A DNA stretch of 60,387 nucleotides, filler included, from Basidiobolus ranarum (Eukaryota): the NCBI GenBank assembly GCA_040143965.1. It is 3 parts of 3 records of this genome, joined end to end, with 100 filler letters (N's around TTAATTAATTAA, not from the genome) between each part and the next. Parts side by side here need not be neighbours in the genome. Positions count along the whole stretch, not along the records: positions 1 to 20,081 come from JASJQH010007110.1; positions 20,182 to 40,246 come from JASJQH010007111.1; 1 more part is not named here. One strand, given 5' to 3'. Made by a program: the position numbers and the translations under genes. How positions within the stretch are numbered: the stretch's first letter is position 1; every line of letters begins with the position of its first letter. The notes beneath the pieces were generated by a model. That model saw only the letters and a list, made by a program, of their open reading frames with translations. It did not search any database and had not been told where the DNA came from. Below, piece by piece: positions 13,132 to 24,233 of this stretch.

Positions 13132-13713
13132 TTAGCGGGAACCACGTCCTCTAGTCATTGGACCACCACGGCCCCTAGCTGAAATGTAAAAGAAAATTAA
13201 AGGTTAATTCATATATATTAAGGATTTTTGTCCTAGCAATCAATCTAAGAAATCTGAAGCTTACCTTGAGCACGAGCAACAGTTGCTTTACCACGTCCCA
13301 GGCCTATGCCTCTCCCCTTAAGAGCCCCAGGTCCGGCCTTCTTAAACATCGGCGCATTTTTAAGCATATCTGGGACAATGAAGTATCTTACATGTGAGCC
13401 ACGAATATATACTTGTTCCAACTGAGAAACACGGCCATCTCTAGCAGTTACAGTAATCTCTCTTAATTGGCAGTTCATGTTATCTTCCACTATAAACATT
13501 CATTATTTAATGGTATGTATATAGTTGATCAAATATTTTTGATCAGTCAAAAGAAAAGAAGCGTATTGATAAGATATATAGAGACATAATAAGTATGACT
13601 AGTGACGAACCTTCGAAAAGTTTTCCACGGTAAACATATCCAGTCTTTAATTCTATAGTGATAATATGACCTTGGGCTTCGTGAAGCAATTTAATGGGAA
13701 CACCAATCGACAT
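13132..13713 (-). CDS. SMD3: snRNP core protein Sm D3 (exons 13713-13611, 13489-13265, 13178-13132)
   Basis: [16 protein letters not shown]...EDNMNCQL...[23 protein letters not shown] followed by an RG-rich tail. Canonical introns keep the frame. Confidence 0.96.
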
Positions 13714-14138
13714 TTTGTACGTAGCGTAACAAGGTAGAGGAGATAACAAAGAAACAATCAAAGTGATAAATCGCGTCCAATTTGATGACTTGATTTTTTT
13801 AATAGGAATTCATCATTTATTACAGATTTAAATAAAAACATTTTTTCTTCCTATAATATTGCCTAATCATAATATTAATATGAATATCTAAACAAAGCGG
13901 ATATCTAATCTATTATTTAATCAACTTTCATCATAAGTTGATGGTAAATATTAATTCCTAAGAATACGTGTCATTGAGCTACGTGTGATTTTCGAGCGCC
14001 TGTAAGACGGAATTCAATTGTATTACTGTTTTGATTACATTTAAATCCCGAAAGAGGGTTGTCTTTTAGAGTCCTTTGGCTAGTGCTTAGAAATATCAGC
14101 TTCTGGTTTCCTTTGTTCAGATTAAATTTAACTGTATC

Positions 14139-17100
14139 ATGAACTCTCAGCAACAATCTTACAGCCAATCTGGAATTCCGTATGCTAATAATGGTTATTC
14201 ATCGCAAAGACCTCCATTTAGACCTTCGAACACATCTCCACCTACTGTTGGGATGATGCCTTCCTCCAACACTTCTGGTTCTCAACAGAATTCTCCACAA
14301 CCACCCCATTTGAACCAATCTTCACCTAATGCCAGACCACCTTTATCTGGTAACCCTAGCCATTTTACACCTGGAGTTAGGCCGCCCGTAGTAAGGAGTC
14401 CTAACCAATTTCCAAGTGGGGCTAGGCCACCTGTGGTAAGAAGCCCTAACCAATTTCCACCAGGTAATAGATCAACTGCCTTAGAAGGCGCCAACCAAGT
14501 TCCCCTTGGAGTTAGACCATCTAATTTTGGGCATTCGAATCAATTACCCGCTCCTCATCGCCCACCTTTGAATGCTCCTCAGCCGGGCCACCCAATGCAG
14601 CGTCCTCCCAATCCTACAGGTACAAAGTTACATTCAATTTTACTATGAACTTTATCAGAGGTATTATTAAGATCTGCTAAAAACAATATCTCTGTGTAGC
14701 CCCCAGTTTCCCTCGCCCTCAACAACCTATTCAAAATTATTCAGGTTCTAATCAACAGTTAGGAATGAATCAACTGAATGCAACACCTAATATCCCACCT
14801 GTTGTAGGCGGACGCCCTCAACCATTAGATCATCAACCCAAATTTCCCGTATCTCACCCGCACTATCCTCAGCAATATCAGCCACAAACTATATCGCAAG
14901 GGGAAATGGAGGACGATATGCTTTATGATGATGGTGATGATGATAATAATAACAATACTCAAGATAACCTTGTTCAACGGTTATCTAACTTGAATTTACA
15001 TCAGACTTTGGCTCCTACGGTATATATGAAGTTCTTTATTCTTCTTTGACAAGAGAATACTAATTACTTTTCTGTTAGCCCTCGGTGAATAATCAAAATC
15101 AAGTTAAACCCAAACGAGTCTTCTTGGGACCTGACGGAAGGCCCGTCGATCCTACCGGTTACTACAATAACGATATACAGAATCCTAATGCTCCAAATCA
15201 AATGCCTGTACAACAGGCCCAACCAAGCCTTTACAGCCCAATGGAGCAACAGTATACCCGCCCTGCCATGCCTGGATATCCCACTCTTACCCAGCCTGAT
15301 TCAAAAACTTTTGGCCATGATTCTAGACGCCCCGTTGTAGATAAACCTCGGAGCCGTGTAGACCCTGACAGTATTCCCTCTCCGATCGTTGTTCAAGAGC
15401 GTAATCAAATCGATTTCAACGACAAGCCTTACATGACTTGCTCTAGAACCAGCGTACCACTAGCAAGTACTAATTTCAAAGCCATTGACGAAGGCAAGTT
15501 GAATGACACTGATTCAAAGATATCTCCTCACCTGGTTTACTAACACATCTCATTTACAACAATTCGTGACTACAGGGTGTTCTAATCCTAGATTCATGCG
15601 GATGACTACGTACAATATCCCTGCCACTTCTGATCTTTTAAGGAGTTCTCACTTGCCTTTGGGAATGATTGTCCAGCCACTAGCTGAACTCCGTTGCGAT
15701 GAGGTTTTATTAGTCAATTGTCAATTACTTGATATAGGAAGCAATCCATTAAACCTGTCGAATTTTCATGTGTAGGCGCCGATTGATGTGGTCGACTTCG
15801 GTGAAAGTGGTCCTATTAGATGCTCCAGATGTCAAGGGTATATCAATCCGTTTGTTACATTTACCGATGGTGGAAGAAGGTTCATTTGTAATCTATGTCG
15901 CTTTGAAAACGAAGGTAGTAAGGAAATCTCAACTTTTATCATAATGGACTACATAGGTATCTCTGATACTAAACTGCCACTTTTCATTCAATTATCTAGT
16001 TCCGGATACTTATTTCTGTAACCTTGACATGAACGGACGTCGTTTGGATATTGATGTTAGACCTGAATTAAAATACGGTACTGTAGAATTCGTTGCTACC
16101 AAGGTAAATACATACAGCATGCTTGTATTTTATATATTTTAGTTTTTGATCTCATTTCGAATATGTAGGAATATTGTAATCGCCCTCCGGTCCCTGCTTC
16201 ATTCATTTTTGCTATTGACGTGTCTTGGAATGCTATTCAAAGCGGTATGATCAACTCTGCTGCTCAAGCTATCCGAGACACTTTCTATTCTGGTAAAGGC
16301 ATTTCCAATGGAGTTAGAGTAGGTATTATAACTTACGATAGAAGTGTTCACTTCTACAATCTATCCTCAAATCTGGAGCAAGCCCAGATGATGGTCGTTC
16401 CTGATGTGCATGATATGTTTGTACCTTTAGATGAGGGCTTCCTAGTTGATCCTAATCAGTCCAGGTCAATCATAGAGGACCTTTTGGATAATTTACCATC
16501 CATGTTTGCAAATAACAGAATTGTAGAACCCGCACTAGGTGCAGCTATGCAATCTGTTTACATGGCATTAAAAGACTTCGGAGGAAAGGTCTTTAACTTC
16601 CATACATGTTTACCCACGTTTGGTCCAGGCTCATTAGAAAGTAGAGATATCGTTAAACTCGTGGGTACAGACAAAGAGACATCCCTGTTCGTACCACATG
16701 ATACTTTCTATAAGAGTTTAGGAGCCAATCTCGTTGAATCAGGAATTAGTGTTGACATGTTTTTGTTCACCAATTCTTATGTCGACATCGCTACTATCGG
16801 TACATTAGCTACACTTACTGGTGGTGATATTCATCACTACCACAAGTTTGATGCCGAAAAGGATGGCTTGAAATTCCGACAAGAGCTTCAGCATAATGTA
16901 ACTCGACCATTCGGATTCAACGGTGTGTTGAGAATCAGATGCTCTAATGGCTTAAGTGTAGATGATCATTTGGGTAATTTCCACATGCGAAATGCTACTG
17001 ATGTTGAATTTGGTGGCATAGATAGTGATAAAGCGATTGGAGTTGTCATTAAGCATGATTCCAAAGTCGATGAAAAACTGGATGCTACTTTCCAGTGTGC

Positions 17101-17980
17101 ATTATTGTACACTACTACCACCGGACAGAGAAGGATCCGTCTTCATAACTTGAGTGTCCCTGTCACAACTTTAATGAGTAATATGTTCAAATACGCTGAT
17201 ATGGATGCCATAATCAATCTTATGGTGAAGGATGCTGTTACACAATCGCTCAGCACACCGTTGAAAACTGTTCGTAACAAATTAACTGAACAGTGTTTCC
17301 GAATTCTTGGCTCTTATCGCAAGCATTGCGCCTCTACCACCACTCCTGGTCAATTGATTTTGCCCGAAACTCTCAAACTTTTCCCACTCAATTCCTTGAC
17401 TATCCTCAAAACTGAAGCATTGAGAAATGGCGTCGATGTTTTGATTGACTCTAGGGTCACTTGCATGCGTATGCTTAAGAGTATTGGTGTTTCTCAATCT
17501 ATAGTCTGCTTATACCCTCGTTTATTCCCGGTTCACAGTCTCACCGGAGCTCATGAGGATGAAAATGGTGTTTTCCTTACGCCTCCAATGATTAGAGATT
17601 CTTACACTCGCCTTGAAACAAACGGTGCCTATTTCCTTTGTAGTACAGAGACATTGATGTTCTGGATTGGTTCTCAGATATCTTCGGAGTTCCTTCAAAA
17701 TGTCTTTGGCGTATCTTCTCTACAAGAAATTGATCCTTCCATTTGTACTCTTCCAGCGCTCGATAATCCCGTGTCTGAACGACTACGAGCTTTGCTCCAC
17801 CATCTTCAAAAAGATAGTGTGCGATACCCAATGCTTCAACTTGTTCGCCAATCCATTGACCGATCGGAGTCTAAGTTTGCTAGTCTTTTGGTGGAAGACA
17901 AAAACAATGATAATATGTCATATGTAGACTATCTATGCTTTATTCACCGTCAAATTCAAAACGAACTCAGTAACGATTAG
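14139..17980 (+). CDS. SEC24: COPII cargo adaptor Sec24 (Sec24C/D, Sfb3-like), multi-exon
   Basis: Pro/Gln-rich N-terminus, [14 protein letters not shown], zinc finger [12 protein letters not shown]...FICNLC, vWA trunk (FAIDVS, VGIITYD), [10 protein letters not shown], and C-terminal LVEDK...[10 protein letters not shown]. Confidence 0.95.
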
Positions 17981-18872
17981 CTGTTAGGTATCATGTTGAT
18001 ATACTAATCTACCCCGTGGAGTGAATTTTGCTCCTGGGCTTACCTCCTGGCTTGAATATAGACACAAGTGAATGTATCATTATTATTGCTGTTATTTTTT
18101 ATGAACGTATTTTTTGTCGGCTCATCGGTTAAACTCAAAGGAATGAAAGAAAAACAATGGGTTCAAGTTTGAATTCATCATTTATCTAACTAATTACTCT
18201 ATTTATATATGTAAATGAAGCTGAATGTAGCAACACAGTATATTATTCCTAATGGGTTCTCTGTAGAAACTGAGAAGTAGCAATATTAATAAGCACGAAA
18301 GTTTATCCTCGGATCTATCGTGAGAATTGCTTAAGTACTTTTAATATCTGTTTAACGATATTATTCCACTTGAGGTAGATGAAATTTCTTTTTGCACTCA
18401 TATCTACCTTTAGATGGTAAGCTCTAGATGCATTTTTTTGACATCGACGACTTTTTTCTTGGCAAACGAGTAATGTTGCCTATTATGTTTGTAAAATCAA
18501 ATATCGTTAGGCTAAGTCATTGTCGCCGCTCGTGAAACGCTATTTCTTTCCTAAAAGAGCAAAGTGCATCAATCGTCTCCTTAAAACTGGCTTATTTGCC
18601 TCCTCAGACCTGCGTGGCAATTAAGGGATATTTACAAGTATTTTGTGTAACGCATAAAAAACCAATGAAATGGGCAAATAAAGTAGTTGTATCATATATA
18701 TATTAATCAGGCTAACTGATCACTTTTGTATGGTAGAATTTTGAAATCAGTTGGTTATTTTTGATTTTACGTTTGCCAAGGCCTTCGCCAAGAAAAATTC
18801 AATGTCAATATAAGGCGATACCAACATCACATTATACACTCCAATTAATTTCCCCAACCTTCTAACTCTAAA

Positions 18873-19049
18873 ATGGCCTTAACTTGTACTGATATCTTCA
18901 AATTCTTCTTTGCTGTTATATTCCCACCGTTGGGAGTATTGCTGGAGCGCGGGCCTTGTCACTGCGATTTGCTAATTAATATTGCATTAACTCTTTTGGG
19001 CTACATTCCTGGAATTATTCATGCAATTTATATCATTCTAAAATATTAG
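18873..19049 (+). CDS. PMP3: Pmp3/UPF0057 small plasma-membrane proteolipid (58 aa, absent from the ORF track)
   Basis: Translates to MALTCTDIFKFFFAVIFPPLGVLLERGPCHCDLLINIALTLLGYIPGIIHAIYIILKY*, with the family signatures PPLGV and LLGYIPGIIHA. Confidence 0.93.
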   Translation: MALTCTDIFKFFFAVIFPPLGVLLERGPCHCDLLINIALTLLGYIPGIIHAIYIILKY

Positions 19050-19509
19050 CGTAACCTGCTATCTGTCCCACTCTCTTCTACCGGTTTCCCTATCGAGACA
19101 GTTGTCATGTTTGAGCATGCTCTGTATAATACTGATGCAATCGCTATTCTCGCTCACTGTTCCCGATCCTGTAAAATACATATCCCGACAATCGTAGTAA
19201 AACATCAACTGTATTATGCAGATTAAACTTCACATACTTGGATATCCATTGATTGATGTGCCTTTTATCTTCAATAGTTTACATTCTTTGACTCTCAGCT
19301 TAATTCAAAATTGACTGGCTAAACGAGGCTCATAAATTATTCTACAGTTACCGTTGTTCATTTGTTATTCGCACAAGAAGTTAGCTGACATCCTTCTAAC
19401 TGTTCAATTTTCTCAAAGGATTTAAAGAGTACAAGTTTAATATGTTTATTAAGGGTAGAACTAATTGTATACAGGATGAGATATATTTGGAACCAAATGT
19501 AGTTAGAAT

Positions 19510-20081
19510 TTAAAACCCAAAGAATCGCTTGTAGAGACCAGCGACTCCGCCAAATCCACTTTTATCCGACGTATCGTAGCTACCAGCCCCTTGCTCATTA
19601 CCATTCTTGTCACCACCTCCGCTTGAACTCATTTCATCGCTAGAATCACCTTCGTTATCGCCATAGTGGCCTATATCATCATCACCACCACTATTGCTCT
19701 CCATATCACCACCTTCGTTATCGTGATTCATGTCTTCGTCGTCTTCATCATGCCCTCCGCCATTACCGGCGCCATATTTTCCTGCACCCCCACCATTGCC
19801 TCCTCCATTACCGCCATACCCACCTGTGTCTCCACCACCATTTCCATTCATGTCGCCCCCAGAGCCACCACCGTTACCGGTATTATATGCACCAGCACCT
19901 CCACCATTACCTCCCTTGCGATCAGTGGACCTACCGCCGTTGCCGCTCATGTCACCACCACCATTTCCGCTCATATCACCACCGTTGCCTGTATTATATG
20001 CGCCAGCACCTCCACCATTACCTCCCATGTCAGAACCGAGTCGAGCTACGATGCAACGCAGGGATCCGCGTAAAACTACGC
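19510..20081 (-). CDS. Glycine/Asn-rich repetitive protein, 5' end lost in assembly gap
   Basis: Repeats GGNGGGAGAYNTGNGG (x2) and GDMSGNGG, then an acidic block, ending ...GLYKRFFGF*. The frame is open into the N gap. Confidence 0.6.
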
Positions 20082-20181
20082 NNNNNNNNNNNNNNNNNNN
20101 NNNNNNNNNNNNNNNNNNNNNNNNNTTAATTAATTAANNNNNNNNNNNNNNNNNNNNNNNNNNNNNNNNNNNNNNNNNNNN
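20082..20181. other. Assembly gap with TTAATTAATTAA spacer
   Basis: 100-nt N run with a central all-frame stop spacer; artificial. Confidence 0.97.
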
Positions 20182-20931
20182 TCTACTATATAAGTCACCA
20201 TATACTCTTAAGAATAAAGTAACTAAAACACACTATCATAAGTTGCTTCTAATACTCAAAGTCTACCCCCATTATGTCAAGATCCTCCAACATGATCTAA
20301 ACATAACTTCCTTCTTTCTTTTCAATAACTTTGAAGGTGAAAGTAGTTAAGTTAAAGTCACTAAATACGCATCTCTCAGCTTCAAGATATCTAGACAGCA
20401 AACTAATAAGTAGTAAACCTGCGAAGTTATTATGTTAAGGTATACTACTATCGGAAAGATATATAATGTTCATCATTCACGCTCAGATTTCTCCAAGCAT
20501 ATCAGCAAAATAGTTGTTTAGTATTCTTTGTGATTAAATCAATACAAACAACTGAAAGAAAAATATCCCAGTTAACTCGAGTACCTCAATATCTAAATTA
20601 CAGGATTGGCTAGAAAATATTGACGAAATTACCCATATTTAGAAATTTTCTGGCAAGAGAACAAGGTACATTCTTGGAACGCTGGAATGTAACATACAGA
20701 ATTACGGGAAAGGAAATTGGTTCCCATGCGGAGTGTATGCTTTTAAAGTGGCTTGTGATTCTATTCGGCACATGTTTGTCAATAATCATTGATGAGCCAA
20801 ATTCACATTATCAATCGAAATAATAACAAAAGAACAGGACTGAATGACCCCTCAAGCAAAGTAACAGGAATGAATGCAACAATCAAATCCGAAATAACTA
20901 TTTCTGATGTAATGTTATGAGTATCAGATAT

Positions 20932-20963
20932 TATTAGTATTAGTATTGGTATTAGTATTAGTA
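20932..20963 (+). repeat. (TATTAG)n microsatellite
   Basis: About 5 near-perfect hexamer copies. Confidence 0.8.
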
Positions 20964-21437
20964 ACATACCAGTTTAAGCTCTGGAAATTCTTACATTACG
21001 CCATCATTTATTATGGGAATAGACTCCGGAATCACTTGGTGCGGAGTTCCGTTGTTCCTAAATTCATTCCGCAGCCCATAACCGCGAGGTTTCTTACATT
21101 GATGTTTCTCATAACAAGAATACCCACTTTGAGGTCTAGTTAATGGTTCCCGCTTCGACACCAAAAGTGCATTATTTTGTAAGACAAGAGTCAAGCCCAT
21201 GATACTACAATAGATTGAACTGGAATATAATTGAAATCAACCGAAGTTAGACGTCACGAAAATACGATAGAGGGATGGATTTTTCTATCGAGGCTGTGAA
21301 ATCATCCGAATGGCCCTAATGAAGTGATACCATGCGGATGCGGATTTGATTGAACATATTTACCGCTGGTAAAATATATCCTTCACGTATCTTATTCTCA
21401 TTTTTCTCTTGTTCGTTTCCCCTCTACAGTAAAACAC

Positions 21438-23106
21438 ATGAGTTGGTATGAAGCTATCTATTTGGAGGCGATTCTTATTGACTGAACCAAAGTAACCCTC
21501 AATCTTTTTTTTATTATAGGAGAGGATTTAAAAAAGCAGTTGAGCGTTTACCGTCACAGGTGATGACCAAAGTGGGTCGCGTTGAAGGTAACGCCCTGGG
21601 ATAAGAATTTTCCATTTCAACCACAATAAACCTAATGAGAATATTTTAGCAACGGTGGATCCCGAATTTCAACGTTTAGTAGCCCATTTTACTCAACTTG
21701 AAGGTGCAGCACTTAAGCTTAACGCAGATTCCATTAGATATCGGGATTCAGTCATTTGTAAGTTTTTATTTATTTATTTACTCGTCTACCTATTCCAGTT
21801 AACTTATTTTTATTCAAGCTATGTTAACTACTCAGGCTGGGTTTGGTAACTCCTTAGTGGAGTTGTATAATCCTATTAATGCTTCGCTCGATCCTGATGC
21901 ACCACCTTCAACTACCCGCCGACCTACCACCCCCAAAGACAAGATTCAAACGGCAGAAGTTTACCGAGACTTTTCGGAAGAGTTGAGAGAGATTGTCCTT
22001 CCGGAAGTGGTAAGTACTAAGAGTAAAACCTCAGTTATGATAGTTCTCTAGTGCTTAGACTATATGATGTGTATAGGATATGATCGACAGTAGAGTAGTG
22101 TCACCCACGGGAGAATTGATAGATATGAACAAGCATATTCGCAAACTTATCATCAAATGTGATCATAAAAAGTTGGATTATGATCGTCATCGGGATAGTG
22201 TTAAGAAATTACGGGCGAAAAATAGTAGAACTTTAGATGATGAAAAGAAGATATTCAAATTGGAGGCTAACTTACAACAAGCAAGTAATGATTACTTTGG
22301 AGTTACGGATTTGGTAAAACGAGAATTACCTATCTATTTACAACTCAATGCGGAGCTCGTAAAACCTTGCTTCCATGCGTTTTATTTCCTTCAAAGTACC
22401 ATCTATAGTCTTCTTTATCGTCATCTTCATGATCTCGTCAACTCGGGCGCAGTGGATATGAGTTCTGGAGTGATCGCTGGTTATGAGGCTCGTAAAGGGC
22501 CAAGCGACGCATTATCCGAAGAGATGACCAACTTTATTAAAACTAAGATCCTCGGTAATTATCCTCAATTCTATACATTGGTTAGTAATCTTTCTCTGAC
22601 CCACATCTTTAGCTACTTCTTCGCTTAGTAGCGGTTTAGCGCAAAGCAAGTACGGAAGACAGTCCTCATCGTACCCAACATCGCCTTCATCTGCAAATTC
22701 GAGCGAACATCCACCACCTTATTATTCTATTCCCTACGATTCGGGACATTCTGAAGGTAGTTACTCCCACGGTGGCTACCAAGACAATAGCAATCCTTAC
22801 GGAGGATCCTCTACAATGCAAGCTAGTAGCCGAGCCATACCATCGCAGCCTACTGCACCACCCATGGTTGGATATGTGATTGCACTTTATGATTTTGAGG
22901 CCCAAGCAGAAGGGGATCTCAGCTTCAAAAAAGATGATAAAATCGAAGTTTTAGACCGTACAGACAGTCAAAATGATTGGTGGCAAGGTAGACTTCGTGG
23001 AACAGTTGGTCTCTTTCCAGGTAAGAATAAGAGTGCTTTCATTGTTTATTCGACCTGTTCATACTAAACTTGATTTATTGTAGGAAATTATGTGGCTGAT
23101 CTTTAA
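21438..23106 (+). CDS. RVS167: Amphiphysin-like N-BAR + SH3 protein, multi-exon
   Basis: Spliced start MSWRGFKKAVERLP...VDPEF, BAR motif HKKLDYDR, and SH3 ALYDFEAQAEGDLSF...WWQG...GLFPGNYV. Confidence 0.93.
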
Positions 23107-23427
23107 CAACCTTGTCTCTACATTGAGAATATTGTAACTCCCCCCTTCTCATTATCCCTTCATGAGTTGCTTTTTGTTGAAGTTCTTTACGCTTTCAAGA
23201 TAATTTGGAATAAAATGTATCATAAATATATCTTGGTTAGAGTCAACATGGAGAAAACATCATGCTGTATCTTGCGCAGATTCCTTACAAACAAAGGTTC
23301 GATTATTCGCCCATAATTGATTTATTTGAATAGATCTTTATTTAAAGTGATGATATTCTTATTTGCATCTTAAAATTGCTATTTAATCATTCGAGAAGTC
23401 AATACAAACTTCCATAGAAACTTGACC

Positions 23428-23811
23428 ATGAGAACCTGCACAACAAGAAAACTCAATGGGTCTAGTCGGACTCGTAATACTCACAAGAGAGTGAAACTTA
23501 CAAGCGGTAAAAGGGTACTAAAGCAACAAGATCCCATACGTTCAACAGTCAGGGTAAATGAGAAATAGTCCTCCCCTTTTAGAATTTACTTTAAATACAA
23601 ACTTAACAAAAACCCCCGATTTATTTACTTCTAGATATTAAAAAGAAGACCAGGTGTTCGTCGACAATTCTCCAAACGACACTTATTTGCAAATAAAACC
23701 AAATCCAAGTACTCTACTTTGGAAGAGATTTTAAAGAAAATGGAGGTTGAAAAACAAGTGGAGAAATTGGCTAAAGCCGTGGCCAACTCTATAAAATTAT
23801 CTGATGCATAG
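23428..23811 (+). CDS. Predicted 100-aa Lys/Arg-rich orphan protein (exons 23428-23553, 23635-23811)
   Basis: ACCATG start and an 81-nt GTAAAT...CTTAAC...TTCTAG phase-0 intron joining two open frames. Not in the ORF track. Confidence 0.55.
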
Positions 23812-24233
23812 AGACTAATAATACTCACTTGGAAGTAACATATACAGTGGCTTCGTTCGTTTCTTTACTTCTATTACATTTACTTCAACTGTTTCACTAT
23901 TAAGCTTCTATCTTTATGTATAATCCTGACAAACCTTTCTTATATTAGCTACATTTTAATCTTTTCTTTCTCTCTTTTTTATACTTTCGTAAGTTTAAGA
24001 AAGGTTCAAGCAAAACTAAACACTGTTTGTTTTCCTAAACTAGCTTTTGTTGCATCTAAATAAACCATGGAACATATATGCAAAAGGCAAGAATTTTCTT
24101 GTCAACGAAGTTCATTCAATAGAAACATATTGGCAACAACAAATAAAAGGAACACTGGTTGGCTCCAAAACTAAAGATTATACAAAGTGTGGTCTTTTCA
24201 AAAGAGGAAAGTGAAAGGACAAAATAGAAATGC

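Noticed and set aside
18012..18039. Small hairpin in the SEC24 3'UTR
   Set aside because: Short, G-U rich, and lacking any SECIS or other known RNA motif.
20035..20081. GC-rich segment with a BamHI site and a GCGTA-AAAC-TACGC hairpin at the contig end
   Set aside because: Abruptly unlike the adjacent repeat and located at a contig edge; probably a library linker or assembly artefact.
19666..20137. Pro-rich and Thr/His-rich plus-strand ORFs
   Set aside because: Most simply the reverse complement of the Gly-rich repeat, and they run into the artificial gap spacer.
20126..20137. TTAATTAATTAA palindromes inside N runs (also at ~40291)
   Set aside because: Artificial contig-joining spacer.
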